Positions 28,622 through 38,816 of a stretch of 64,000 bases of DNA are shown here, piece by piece. A model generated the notes under the pieces. It was not told where the DNA came from and ran no database searches. It saw nothing but the letters and a program-made list of their open reading frames with translations. Origin of the DNA: Spirochaetia bacterium (GTDB taxonomy: Bacteria > Spirochaetota > Spirochaetia > CADAEX01). Numbering within the stretch: the first letter of the stretch is position 1; every line of letters begins with the position of its first letter. Made by a program: the position numbers and the translations under genes. Location: assembly GCA_963662795.1 (NCBI GenBank), contig OY759746.1, positions 1,024,001-1,088,000 on the forward strand. Direction: 5' to 3'.

Positions 28622-29890
28622 CTATGGATATTTATCTGCTGCGGTTCTTCCTTTTTCCAGCATGGCATTATACTCATGATCAGGGACAAATATGCCTCCT
28701 GTAAGCCAGGCAATATGTGTTCCTTTTACCCTGTCATTTCCGGTAATCAGGGGACCTGAAAGAGAGGCCGCGGCAGAGACTTCTATCTTTTCATTCTCGT
28801 ATTTTTTAAGCTGATAAAGATTTGCATACATCAGTTCATCGTCAACAGTATATATACCGTCTGTCAAATCCCTGCATATTTCAAGAACCAGCCCGGATGG
28901 AGAATCAACCGCAAGCCCGTCAGCATCTGTTTTCATGTTAAAACCATAATCCCTGAAATTGATTTTTTTCCCTTCAAGAAATCCAAGCATTACGGAAGGG
29001 GCATTAACAGGCTCGGCAAAATAGCATTTTACATTTTCCCCAAAAACATGTTTAAGCCCAAAGCATATCCCTCCCGGTGCCCCGCCTACTCCGCAGGGGA
29101 GATAGACATACAGCGGGTTTTCCCTGTCAACCTTAATCCCAACGCCGGCAAGCTGCTTTTCAAGCCGGAGGGCTGCCGTGCTGTAGCCCAGAAAAAGCTG
29201 CATTGAGTTTTCATCATCAACAAAATAGGAATAAGGGTCTTTAATGGAGGACGCCCTCCCCCTTTCAACCGCTTCGGCATAAGAGCCTTTGTGTTCAATA
29301 ACGTTTACACCGAGATTTCTCAGCTTGTTCTTTTTCCATTCCCTGGCATCATTTGACATGTGGATTGTCACCCTGAATCCCAGTTTCGCCGATATTATGC
29401 CGATACTCATACCCAGGTTGCCGGTAGAACCTACAGCCACATGGTAGTGCGAAAAAAAATCATTCATTGCTTTATCCGCAAATATTCCATAGTCTGAATC
29501 AGCAGTAACAAGGTCATGCTCAAGTGCAAGATCTTCCGCATGTTTTAATATTTCGTATATTCCGCCGCGGGCTTTAACTGAACCGGCAGCCTGGAGAAGA
29601 TTGTCGCACTTGATATAAAAAGGGCTTTTTGTTTTTAAAACCTTTTCAGAAAAACCTGGAGCATGTTTCAGAGGGGATTCAATTGTTCCGTCAATTGTTT
29701 CAGGGAATGCTTTCAATAAAAATGGTTTAAACCTCTCCAGACGATTTGAAGCGTCAAGGATGTCCCTAAAACCGGCTTTTTTACTATCAGGCATCCCCCC
29801 CCTGGGGAAGGGCACTGCAAAAGGGTTTTCCCAGAAAAGGCTTTCCTTGGCAAGGACTTTTTCAATTATCTTCCTGAAAGGTTTTTCCAT
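28622..29890 (-). CDS. dsdA: D-serine ammonia-lyase (PLP fold II)
   Basis: GSVKARGGIYE (PLP Lys), VGSTGNLG, FVDDENS..LFLGYS and YLPCGVGGAPGG are DsdA signatures. Confidence 0.92.
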   Translation of the reverse strand: MEKPFRKIIEKVLAKESLFWENPFAVPFPRGGMPDSKKAGFRDILDASNRLERFKPFLLKAFPETIDGTIESPLKHAPGFSEKVLKTKSPFYIKCDNLLQAAGSVKARGGIYEILKHAEDLALEHDLVTADSDYGIFADKAMNDFFSHYHVAVGSTGNLGMSIGIISAKLGFRVTIHMSNDAREWKKNKLRNLGVNVIEHKGSYAEAVERGRASSIKDPYSYFVDDENSMQLFLGYSTAALRLEKQLAGVGIKVDRENPLYVYLPCGVGGAPGGICFGLKHVFGENVKCYFAEPVNAPSVMLGFLEGKKINFRDYGFNMKTDADGLAVDSPSGLVLEICRDLTDGIYTVDDELMYANLYQLKKYENEKIEVSAAASLSGPLITGNDRVKGTHIAWLTGGIFVPDHEYNAMLEKGRTAADKYP

Positions 29891-29916
29891 TTTAAGCTCC
29901 TCATTATAAGGATTTT

Positions 29917-31680
29917 CTATTCCAGTATAGCACTTAATTCATTTTTGGCAGTATTTTTTAATAATAAGCAGATCTCATCGTTTGTCCTGCTGCTGTCTGA
30001 AATTTCAGACAAGGCCCTGGGGTCCCTTGTTGAAAGCAAAGCATTCTGTTTTGTCCTGATAAAATTTTCAAGCCCGCCGGTTTTCTCTTTCAGGGCGGCT
30101 ATGTCATCAGGGCTTATCGTCTCAAGCTCTTTAAGAGCTGCAAGTTTCACTACCCCGTCTTTGAATCTGCGGAAAAAATCATCCAGGTCTTCGCTCTTCA
30201 TGGCGAGGGTCGATCTTAACAGAAGATAATCCAGGGGTTTTAAATTGACTGCTTCATATCCGAACTGGGCGCCCGGGCGGGATATAAATCCCGAATCATC
30301 CTTTCCGTGATTGTATCTCATAAAGTAAACCATAAGATCGGCGCTTCCCCCAATTAATGAAGGGAGGTTTTTTCTGGGGAATTTTGAGAGGATATACCAG
30401 CCCGCATCAGGATCGTTTATCTCAAAAAAACGGAATCCTACTGAGCTGTTTATCGAGTCAACATGCTCACCTGCGCGAACAAGCTGGCTCTTTATATAGG
30501 AACTGTTTTTATCAATCCACTCTTGTGATGAAAATGCATAAGCTGCGACAACGCCGACTTCATTGGAGACCTCCATACCGTCGCACCCCTCGTTATCAAG
30601 AACCTTCTCCATTCTCGAAATTATACTGCCCTTATCCCCTGGAATCCACGCTCCGCTTGTCGCAAAGCCTACCCTGGCGGAAGCATAGCCGAGTGTTTTT
30701 GAAGGGGAAACTATTGTTATGGTATAATCAAACATGCGTGATAATTTTTCCGCACCGGATTCGACAGAAGCAATAGAGAATATTTTTATCCCGTCTTTTA
30801 GAATGCTGCCGTTATACACCTGGTCAGCAATGACAAAAACAGGATTATCACTGTTTTTCCTGTTGTATTCAAGAACGGTTTCAGCAATTTCCCGTATCTG
30901 GGCTTCAGGCATTACACCGCCTGACGGATTTGCCACTACACTGAAATAGATTGCCCTTATATCGCCCCTCTCCTCAAGTTCCCTGCCGATATGACAGGCA
31001 TCAAGCTTTTCAACAATCTTCAAGCGGCTGTTATGCCAGGACGGCGCTTTTACAAGACTCTGGTAATGCCCTCTCGGGACAAGTATAGTTCCGCTTGACC
31101 TTACCCGGAGGTCCCTTCCGTTTTCATCCAGAGCAACATCCTGTGTCATAAGCACATTAATAAGCGTATGATAAAGGTTTTTGAAACCTGTCCCCATTAC
31201 TACCTGATCATCGCCGACAGGAATTCCAAGATTCTGAAAATAGTTTCTCATGAGGAAACGGCTTTCAACCTGGCCGGCTGCATAATCCAGATATCCTGTT
31301 GACCCGATCTTCTGCCTCTTCTGAAAATCAAGAAAATTTTCAAAAGATTCATTCCTGAGTTCAGAATGTTTCCATAAATCCTGATACGCTTTATAAAGAT
31401 CTATGAAATAGCCGTTTGAGGGACAAAATCGTTTCAAAAGTCCGGAGAGAGGCACCGCTTCCTTTTCGGCAAACGAGGATAAAAACCCCAAAAGTGAAGT
31501 GTGATTTTTAGTATGATGCATGTGTGCTTCAAGAGCCATCGGGTTGGGGGAGAAAAAAAACTGTCCTCCTATATGAGCGTTAACCGCTTTTTCATTTCCG
31601 GCAAGCCCTTTTCCTTTTTCAGACATAAGCCTGCCCATCTCATTGTAATGAACCAGCGTTCCCGGGTTTATATTTTTCAT
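29917..31680 (-). CDS. Atypical PLP-dependent fold-I enzyme (aminotransferase class I/II-like), 587 aa
   Basis: ANPSG, DQVY and SPSKT.GYASARVG (PLP Lys/Arg) motifs, with large N-terminal insertion and C-terminal extension. Confidence 0.75.
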   Translation of the reverse strand: MKNINPGTLVHYNEMGRLMSEKGKGLAGNEKAVNAHIGGQFFFSPNPMALEAHMHHTKNHTSLLGFLSSFAEKEAVPLSGLLKRFCPSNGYFIDLYKAYQDLWKHSELRNESFENFLDFQKRQKIGSTGYLDYAAGQVESRFLMRNYFQNLGIPVGDDQVVMGTGFKNLYHTLINVLMTQDVALDENGRDLRVRSSGTILVPRGHYQSLVKAPSWHNSRLKIVEKLDACHIGRELEERGDIRAIYFSVVANPSGGVMPEAQIREIAETVLEYNRKNSDNPVFVIADQVYNGSILKDGIKIFSIASVESGAEKLSRMFDYTITIVSPSKTLGYASARVGFATSGAWIPGDKGSIISRMEKVLDNEGCDGMEVSNEVGVVAAYAFSSQEWIDKNSSYIKSQLVRAGEHVDSINSSVGFRFFEINDPDAGWYILSKFPRKNLPSLIGGSADLMVYFMRYNHGKDDSGFISRPGAQFGYEAVNLKPLDYLLLRSTLAMKSEDLDDFFRRFKDGVVKLAALKELETISPDDIAALKEKTGGLENFIRTKQNALLSTRDPRALSEISDSSRTNDEICLLLKNTAKNELSAILE

Positions 31681-31718
31681 GCTGTTAATCTCCTGTGCAA
31701 ATTATCTGTAAACTGTTT

Positions 31719-33173
31719 TTAAAGGCCCATTAATTCAACTGCATCACCCCAGGTTTTAATTCTGCCGGGCCGCATGCCCCTGTGGAGAGGATTGATATAG
31801 CCCCGCAGCTGATTCAGGGAGTCTCTTATTTCTCCCCTTATCCATTCTGATTCACCTTTCCAGACCCTCGAAATTGAGGATATCTCACCGGAGTGTATTT
31901 TTTTCTCCTCCACAGGCTCTCCGTTTTCAATGATTCTCAGATTAAATATTTCAGAACATTCTTTCAGTGTCAGGGTAATTTCGAGATTGATATCAGTGCC
32001 TTTTTTTACTTCAGTACCGGGAAGAAGAATAGTGCCTCCGGAGCTGTAGGTAAAATCAAATTCCAGATCTGATGATACCACAACCCTGTGTTTTCTTACC
32101 CCTTCAAGAATTGAGGATAATGACCCTGATTTGGCAAAAACCCTGGTAGCCGGCTGACCAAGCTGCGAAGCAGAAAAACCGGAATGGGTGTCGCTGCCTC
32201 CGATTCCTGTAATTCTGTAACCCTCATTCCAGAGATGATCAATCATTTTAAGCGCTTTTTCATTTGTATCTCCCAGATTTCTGTCATGAGGATCTGTTAT
32301 CAGCTCAATAGAATCGATCCATGAAAGAGGCAGATCGTTATAAATCCACTGCCAGGGAACAAAAAAAGGATGGTTGATTGAGACAAGTACCCGGTTGTTC
32401 CTGAAGTTCTCAATAATTGGAGCAAGGTCTTTCCACGAAGGATCCGGTCCTTTTTCAAGAATACTTTCAGGCATATAACAGAGACCCAGCGCGTTGAAAT
32501 GACCGCGGCTTAATGTTACTTCGAAAGAAGGAAATACACTTATCCCTTTTCTTTCGGGGAAACCGGTTGTAAGAATATTGTGCTCGGTGATAAAAAAGAA
32601 ATCCAGATTCCTGGATATTCCCTCATCTATAAGCTCTGAGGGAGAAGCAGAACCATCTGAGAGAATTGTGTGGGCATGAAAATCTCCGCTAAGCCATTTA
32701 CTTTCAACAGTATCAATGTTTTCAGGTTCAAAATCCTTAAGATGAACAATCCCTTTCGACAACGCGGCCTGCCCGATCCAGCTGACATAATCGCAGGAAG
32801 CTGTCTCATTTTCAGCTTGGTCATAAACCTTCACGTCATACAATACCCTTCCCATCGTCCTGTTTGTCCAGGCTCCGAAGGTGTAAACCTTTATGTGCCA
32901 CTCCCCTTTCCTGATTTCTCCGGGAATAGTGCCTATACAGGATTTTTCCGCATCCCGGTTAAGAATAATCTTTACTGGTACATCCGCTCCCATGCGCTGG
33001 ACTCTTAGTATTCCCTGCGGATCTATAACATGGAAAAAAATATGCTTTCCTCCCCCGAAGAATTCAAACTCAAGGGAGGAAATATCTTTATCAATATTGA
33101 AAACAGATGAGGAAACATAGTTTGACGGTTTGTCATTATCCACAAACCCTTCGGTTTTAAATATTAAGCTCAT
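31719..33173 (-). CDS. CehA/McbA-family PHP-domain metallohydrolase
   Basis: GDFHAHT..SDG, ITEHN, E.T...GHFN, INHP and GGSDTH metal ligands. Confidence 0.85.
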   Translation of the reverse strand: MSLIFKTEGFVDNDKPSNYVSSSVFNIDKDISSLEFEFFGGGKHIFFHVIDPQGILRVQRMGADVPVKIILNRDAEKSCIGTIPGEIRKGEWHIKVYTFGAWTNRTMGRVLYDVKVYDQAENETASCDYVSWIGQAALSKGIVHLKDFEPENIDTVESKWLSGDFHAHTILSDGSASPSELIDEGISRNLDFFFITEHNILTTGFPERKGISVFPSFEVTLSRGHFNALGLCYMPESILEKGPDPSWKDLAPIIENFRNNRVLVSINHPFFVPWQWIYNDLPLSWIDSIELITDPHDRNLGDTNEKALKMIDHLWNEGYRITGIGGSDTHSGFSASQLGQPATRVFAKSGSLSSILEGVRKHRVVVSSDLEFDFTYSSGGTILLPGTEVKKGTDINLEITLTLKECSEIFNLRIIENGEPVEEKKIHSGEISSISRVWKGESEWIRGEIRDSLNQLRGYINPLHRGMRPGRIKTWGDAVELMGL

Positions 33174-33177
33174 TTAT

Positions 33178-34056
33178 TTACTTCAAGGCGGGATCCAGTT
33201 TATCCCTGACCCAGTCCCCCATTATACTCATTGAAAGCGTGGTAATAAAAATTGTAATTGCCGGAATTATGGCAAGCCACCAGGCGGTGAGAATATAGTC
33301 CCTGCCGAAACCCACCATGTTCCCAAGGCTTGTGTTGGGAGGCTGGATACCGAGTCCAAGGAAGCTTAATGATGTTTCCATCATGATAACCTGAGGGAAG
33401 TTAAGCGTCATGTTTACTATAAGAGTGTTTCCTACGTTTGGCAGAATATGCCGCAGATAAATCCTGACCGGGGATGCCCCGAAAGATCTTACCGCTACCG
33501 CATAGCCCTGCTCTTCCGCGGAAAGGGCAAGCCCTCTCGCGAACCTGGCATATCTTTCCCAGCCGTAGATACCCATTATCCCGATAAAAAGGACAATACT
33601 GTTCTCAAAGAAAGCTATTACGGCGAGAGCAAGAATCATGAACGGCAGGCTTGCCTGAAAATCAACAAGCATCATAATAAAGTCGTCGACCGCCCCCCTG
33701 AAGTGGGCCGCAAAAAATCCCAATGTTGTGCCGGCTATTGCGCATATAACTGTTCCGAGTATAGCTACCAGAAGACTTAAGCGGATTGAATGAAACAGTC
33801 TGCTTAATATATCTCTGCCAAGATCATCAGTTCCAAAAAAATGGGCACTATCGCCGCCGTCCATCCATGAGGGAGGAATCAGCCTTCCTGAAAGGCTTAT
33901 CTGCTGAAAATCGTATGGAGCTATAACAGGTGCGGCAATCCCTATGAGTATCATTACAAGAACCCATACTGCCGCTACAACTACAATAACGGTTTTTCCC
34001 TTGATTTTATTTTCAGATAACGCAATCCTGTTACCGCTGGTTTTATTATTATACAT
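33178..34056 (-). CDS. dppC: Dpp/Opp-family ABC transporter permease (C)
   Basis: HFFGTDDLGRDILSR, RHILPN and LSFLGLGIQPP motifs. Confidence 0.9.
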   Translation of the reverse strand: MYNNKTSGNRIALSENKIKGKTVIVVVAAVWVLVMILIGIAAPVIAPYDFQQISLSGRLIPPSWMDGGDSAHFFGTDDLGRDILSRLFHSIRLSLLVAILGTVICAIAGTTLGFFAAHFRGAVDDFIMMLVDFQASLPFMILALAVIAFFENSIVLFIGIMGIYGWERYARFARGLALSAEEQGYAVAVRSFGASPVRIYLRHILPNVGNTLIVNMTLNFPQVIMMETSLSFLGLGIQPPNTSLGNMVGFGRDYILTAWWLAIIPAITIFITTLSMSIMGDWVRDKLDPALK

Positions 34057-34058
34057 TG

Positions 34059-34997
34059 TTATTCTCCCCCTCTTGAAAGGCTTACCCTGGGGTCAAGCAG
34101 CCCGTAAACAAAATCTACTGCAAGATTGGTTACAACCATTGAACAGCTTATAAGCATTACAATAACCTGAACTACGTTATAGTCCCTGTGCTTGACTGAA
34201 TATACAAGGAGCCTTCCGATTCCGGGCCAGCCGAAAATTGACTCTGTTATTACAGCGCCTGCAATAATAAGCCCTATCCAGAATCCGCATATGGTAACGA
34301 TTGGTATTGAAGCGTTTGGGAGCGCATGCCTTCGGACTACCTGCCACCAGGTGAGCCCTTTTGCAAGAGCTGTCTTTACATATGGCTGGTAAAGCACTTC
34401 AAGCATCGCAGAACGTGTAAAACGGGCAAAGATTGCGGCTTCTACTATTGTCATTGTAAGAATAGGCATAATGTAATGGCGCCAGGTTCCGCTTCCTGCG
34501 GACGGGAGCCATCCCAGCTGTATGGAAAAAAGGAGAACCAGAAGTACCCCGACAACAAATGTCGGCATACTGTAGCCTGCCACGGCAAAGATCATTATTA
34601 ATCTGTCTTTATTGCTGTTGTGATAAAGGGATGCAAGCAGCCCCAGAAAGATTCCGACTGCAAATGTTAGAGCCGTTGTGATTGCCATGAGAATCAGTGT
34701 ATTGGGAAGCCTTAAGAGAACAGAATCAAGCGCGCTTGTCCCTTCAAGGATGGACTGTCCCAGGTCTCCTCTTACAGCATTGGATATAAACCTTAAATAC
34801 TGCACGATGACAGGATCATCAAGACCCCATTTAGCACGAAAGGCTTCGACAGCTTCGGGGCTTGCTTCAAGCCCGAGCACAGAGACAGTCGGGTCTCCGG
34901 AAAGCCGTAATATCATAAATACAAATGTCGTAACCATGAAAACAGTAAAAAAAGCCCTGATAACTTTTCTGATGTAATATGCGCTGTTCATTTCCAT
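34059..34997 (-). CDS. dppB: Dpp/Opp-family ABC transporter permease (B)
   Basis: GLDDP...QY..F......GDLG.S, YVKTALAKG and ESIFGWPGIG motifs. Confidence 0.9.
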   Translation of the reverse strand: MEMNSAYYIRKVIRAFFTVFMVTTFVFMILRLSGDPTVSVLGLEASPEAVEAFRAKWGLDDPVIVQYLRFISNAVRGDLGQSILEGTSALDSVLLRLPNTLILMAITTALTFAVGIFLGLLASLYHNSNKDRLIMIFAVAGYSMPTFVVGVLLVLLFSIQLGWLPSAGSGTWRHYIMPILTMTIVEAAIFARFTRSAMLEVLYQPYVKTALAKGLTWWQVVRRHALPNASIPIVTICGFWIGLIIAGAVITESIFGWPGIGRLLVYSVKHRDYNVVQVIVMLISCSMVVTNLAVDFVYGLLDPRVSLSRGGE

Positions 34998-35983
34998 ACC
35001 TCCCCTTCAAGAGCAAAGCAGGCCGCTTTCCTTCCATCATCAAGTACTTTAAGATCCGGCTGAACCTTTGAGCATTGAGGCCTGGCAAGAGGACAGCGGG
35101 GGTGAAACCTGCAGCCGGACGGCGGCCTGAACAAACTCGGGATCTCTCCTTCAAGAATTGTTTCTTCCCTTTTTACCCTCGGATCGGGAATCGGAATAGC
35201 GTTTATAAGCGATTTCGTATAGGGATGAAGAGGCCTGTTGAACAGCAGTTCGCTTTCTCCATGCTCTACAATATTTCCCATATACATAACTGCCGTATCG
35301 TCGCAAAGGTGTCTTACCATTGAAAGATCGTGACTTATAAAAAGAAGGGTAATGCCTCTTTCCTCCCGTATCTGCATTAGCAGGTTGACGACCTGCGACT
35401 GGATTGACACATCAAGTGCAGAAATGGGTTCATCGCATATCAGTATTTCCGGATCAAGTATCATCGCCCTGGCAAGGACAATCCTCTGCCTCTGGCCGCC
35501 TGAAAGCTGATGCGGATACATTTTCCCGTGACTTTCCTTCATTCCCACAGATTCAAGCAGGGAAACCGCTTTTTTATAGTAATCCCTTATATTTTTTCTG
35601 CCGTAATGAATGATCAGTGGTTCATATATCTGCTGGAGGACAGGGATCCTCGGATTTAAAGCTCCCATCGGGTCCTGAAAAACATACTGGATATCCCGTC
35701 TGATCCTTTTTTTCTCTTCCCCTTTAAGCCCTGTAAGTTCTTTATCATGATATGTGATTGTCCCTGCTGTAGGTGAATAAATATCCATGATGATTTTGGC
35801 AGTCGTTGATTTCCCGCAGCCTGATTCTCCGACCAGTCCCAGGGCTTCTCCCTTTTTTATGGTAAAATCTATCCCGTTTAAAACATGAACATGCTTTTTC
35901 TTCTGCCAGGGCATTCCATTATTCTTGACACGAAATTTTTTGGAAAGATCGTTTACTTTCAATATTTCTTTTACAGTTTCCAA
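34988..35983 (-). CDS. dppF: Dpp/Opp-family ABC ATPase (F)
   Basis: GESGCGKST, LSGGQRQR, DEPISALD, HPYT and a C-terminal Cys cluster. Confidence 0.92.
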   Translation of the reverse strand: METVKEILKVNDLSKKFRVKNNGMPWQKKKHVHVLNGIDFTIKKGEALGLVGESGCGKSTTAKIIMDIYSPTAGTITYHDKELTGLKGEEKKRIRRDIQYVFQDPMGALNPRIPVLQQIYEPLIIHYGRKNIRDYYKKAVSLLESVGMKESHGKMYPHQLSGGQRQRIVLARAMILDPEILICDEPISALDVSIQSQVVNLLMQIREERGITLLFISHDLSMVRHLCDDTAVMYMGNIVEHGESELLFNRPLHPYTKSLINAIPIPDPRVKREETILEGEIPSLFRPPSGCRFHPRCPLARPQCSKVQPDLKVLDDGRKAACFALEGEVWK

Positions 35984-36969
35984 ACCATTCCCTCCTTTAC
36001 CGGATTAAAGCAGAAAAAATGCCTTGATTCCTCTTTAATGCTTTCAGGACTTTCATCCCTGCACTTATCCACTACATTCATGCATCTGTCATAAAAAGGA
36101 CAGCCTTCAAAAAGTTTCTCCGGTGCAGGGACAACACCCTCGATTGTAAAAAGTTTTTTAACCTTGATGTCTATTCTGGGTTTTGAAGAAAGCAGTCCGA
36201 AAGTATAAGGATGCCTCGGTTCAACAAGAACATCCTCAACACGGCCGTATTCCATGATCCTGCCGCCGTACATGACAGCAGCACGATCGCAGGTTTCAGC
36301 AACTACTCCAAGATCATGAGTGACAAGGATTATGGCCATATTTCTTTCTTTGCGGAGTTTTTTCAGTAGCCGCAGTATCTGGGCCTGTATTGTTACATCA
36401 AGGGCTGTAGTGGGTTCATCAGCTATAAGAAGCTTTGGATTTCCCGCAAGCATGATAGCAATCATGACTCTCTGGTTCTGGCCGCCTGAAAGCTGATGGG
36501 GAAATTCTCCCATCTTTTTTTCCGGGTCAGGAATTCCAACTTCTTTTAAAAGTTTTGCTGCCTCATCCTTATAAACCCCCGATCCTTTCCCTTCAAGATC
36601 TTTTCTCAGCATCAAAGCTTCCAGCAGCTGGGTTCCGATATTCTGTACAGGGTTAAGTGAACTCTGGGCATCCTGGAATATCATTGCAATTTCTTTTCCC
36701 CTTACCGCGGTTATTTCATTTTCTGAGCAGCTTAACAGGTCTTTACCGCCGAACAGGACTTCCCCTTCTGTCCAGCCCCGTTCACCAAGAAGTCTGACCA
36801 CTGCAAAGCAGGTGACGCTTTTACCGCTGCCTGACTCGCCTACTATGCCCAGTATTTCACCAGGCCCGACTTCCAGGTTAACGCCCCGGACAACAGGATT
36901 CCCTTCATGTGCACCGTTAAAGCCGACAGAAAGATTTTTTATCTGCAGAAGCGGATTTGTAATATTCAT
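35971..36969 (-). CDS. dppD: Dpp/Opp-family ABC ATPase (D)
   Basis: GESGSGKS, LSGGQNQR, DEPTTALDV, HPYT and GCPF..RC motifs. Confidence 0.92.
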   Translation of the reverse strand: MNITNPLLQIKNLSVGFNGAHEGNPVVRGVNLEVGPGEILGIVGESGSGKSVTCFAVVRLLGERGWTEGEVLFGGKDLLSCSENEITAVRGKEIAMIFQDAQSSLNPVQNIGTQLLEALMLRKDLEGKGSGVYKDEAAKLLKEVGIPDPEKKMGEFPHQLSGGQNQRVMIAIMLAGNPKLLIADEPTTALDVTIQAQILRLLKKLRKERNMAIILVTHDLGVVAETCDRAAVMYGGRIMEYGRVEDVLVEPRHPYTFGLLSSKPRIDIKVKKLFTIEGVVPAPEKLFEGCPFYDRCMNVVDKCRDESPESIKEESRHFFCFNPVKEGMVWKL

Positions 36970-36980
36970 AGATCAACTCC

Positions 36981-37019
36981 AAAAAAGCCGGGGACATGCT
37001 GATCTGCAGCCTGTCCCCG
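36981..37019 (-). terminator. Intra-operon hairpin with U tract after the binding-protein gene
   Basis: CGGGGACA.GCTG-loop-CAGC.TGTCCCCG followed by TTTTTT on the minus strand; typical of differential mRNA stability or partial termination. Confidence 0.65.
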
Positions 37020-37050
37020 TAATTTTATTTTACAAGGTCACAATCATTCA

Positions 37051-38607
37051 TCAATTGGAAAGTTCTACCTTACCTGCCCTGAAATCCATGAAATGCGAAC
37101 CGCTTGTTTCCCATTTAACTTTATCGCTCTGTCCGTAAAAGAGCGGAAGAAGATAAAGATAGGTTCCGGGAGGATCAATGTTTTCTGATATTTCAAGCAT
37201 ACTGGCGACAGCTTTTCTTCTTGAAGCAGGATCAGTGCCGTTAACTGTTTCAAAGTTTTTATTGAATTCATCATTTGCCTTCCACATTTTATGAACCTGG
37301 AACCATCCATCCGGACCGTAAAGACGGGCAATCTGTGACAGAGGGTCGGAGAAAATTGCTGTTGCAGACCAGTTAATGATTCCCCTTCCCGGAGCTGCTT
37401 CATCTGTTTCAATCTGGTCCCAGTTTTCCTTAAGTTCAAGCTTCACATTAAGGCCTACATCAGCCCACATCTGCTGAAGAATCTGGGCAGTGGCAACCTC
37501 GCCTGTGTAGTAGTCAACCATGTATCTGTAGCCGATCTCTTCACCCTTATAGCCTGCTTCTTTCAGAAGTTTTTTTGCTTTTTCAGGATTAAAACCTACA
37601 GGTTTAAACTCCTTGATATACATATCTCCGAAATTCTTCATCTGAACACCTTTAGGCACTTCAGAAAGACCTTTGAAAATAGTGTTGTTGATAAGTTCCC
37701 TGTCTATTGAATAGTTAAGGGCAAGGCGGATTCTCGGGTCCTTAAGTACAGGGGAAGCAACGCTGTCATAAATAATTACCCTGACGTTATTGATCGGGCC
37801 GCCGGTAACTTTAAAGCCTTTCTTCTTTTCGATAGTGCTGAACTGGTCAGGCATAACCTCGGTGATTATATCATAGTCATTTGAAAGAAGACCCATTATT
37901 CTGGGTGACATTTCAGGAATTACTATATACTTGATTCCGTCAAGAGGCGCTTTGTCTCCATAATAGTCATTGAATTTTTTGAATGTTATATATTCATCCG
38001 GTTTAAATTCTGAAACATAATAGGGACCGAATCCGACCGGTTTTACCATCCACTCTTCCCAGCTTTTTTTGGTTTTGTATGAATCTCCGCAGATAATTGC
38101 TGAGGTAATATATGTAAACCTCAAAAGAAGAAGCGGGTCCGGTTTTTCTTTTGTAAATCTTACAGTGTAATCATCAATCTTTTCAATTGACTGAAAAAGC
38201 CCGGTATACTGTTTAAAGGCATCATAGCCAGGATCTTCGGGAACCTTGCATCTGCCTTCCCCGAAAGAAACAAGTACATCATCAGCATTGAGCGGGAACC
38301 CTGCATGGGAAACTATCCCTTTCTTCAGTTTGAATTCCACAGTTCTGTCATTGATCTGCTTCCAGCTTTCCGCGAGCATCGGGATAATTTTTCCGTCCGG
38401 TGCAACTTCAATCAGGGTTTCATGCATATTTCTCATTACACGCTCTGATACATTGTCGCTGTTTGCTACAGTATCGAGAAATCTCGGATTATCCGGCACA
38501 CCTACTCTTAAAACTTTTTCCTTTGTCTGTTCCTGTTTACCACCCGCAAAACCTGCCGTGGCAACAGAAACTGATAAAATCAATAAAAAAATCATAAATT
38601 TTTTCAT
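37051..38607 (-). CDS. ABC substrate-binding protein, family 5 (DppA/NikA/AccA-like)
   Basis: PMLAESW, PVGFGPY, DPRIRLALNYSIDR and FNPEKAKKLLKEAGY motifs. Start moved to ATG 38607 (AGGAGG RBS; signal peptide ending FAGG). Confidence 0.9.
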   Translation of the reverse strand: MKKFMIFLLILSVSVATAGFAGGKQEQTKEKVLRVGVPDNPRFLDTVANSDNVSERVMRNMHETLIEVAPDGKIIPMLAESWKQINDRTVEFKLKKGIVSHAGFPLNADDVLVSFGEGRCKVPEDPGYDAFKQYTGLFQSIEKIDDYTVRFTKEKPDPLLLLRFTYITSAIICGDSYKTKKSWEEWMVKPVGFGPYYVSEFKPDEYITFKKFNDYYGDKAPLDGIKYIVIPEMSPRIMGLLSNDYDIITEVMPDQFSTIEKKKGFKVTGGPINNVRVIIYDSVASPVLKDPRIRLALNYSIDRELINNTIFKGLSEVPKGVQMKNFGDMYIKEFKPVGFNPEKAKKLLKEAGYKGEEIGYRYMVDYYTGEVATAQILQQMWADVGLNVKLELKENWDQIETDEAAPGRGIINWSATAIFSDPLSQIARLYGPDGWFQVHKMWKANDEFNKNFETVNGTDPASRRKAVASMLEISENIDPPGTYLYLLPLFYGQSDKVKWETSGSHFMDFRAGKVELSN

Positions 38608-38816
38608 ACGATCCTCCTGTTTTTTTAAAAATTCTATACCCGGCACCGGGATCTGTATATTTACAATTTTTAACCTGTTTACAAAAAATAATTTTCCGGA
38701 GCTCTTTTTCACCTGAATGAATATATAATTATTAATATTAGTATTTTTTATTATGCGTAAGCACCAAGTCTCTATTAATTCGTGATTCAAAGGCAGGGAT
38801 GAACCGATATGTGATA

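Noticed and set aside
38650-38700. Repeated TTTACAA upstream of the SBP gene as AraC half-sites
   Set aside because: Only two short AT-rich copies, which cannot be told from chance without comparative data.
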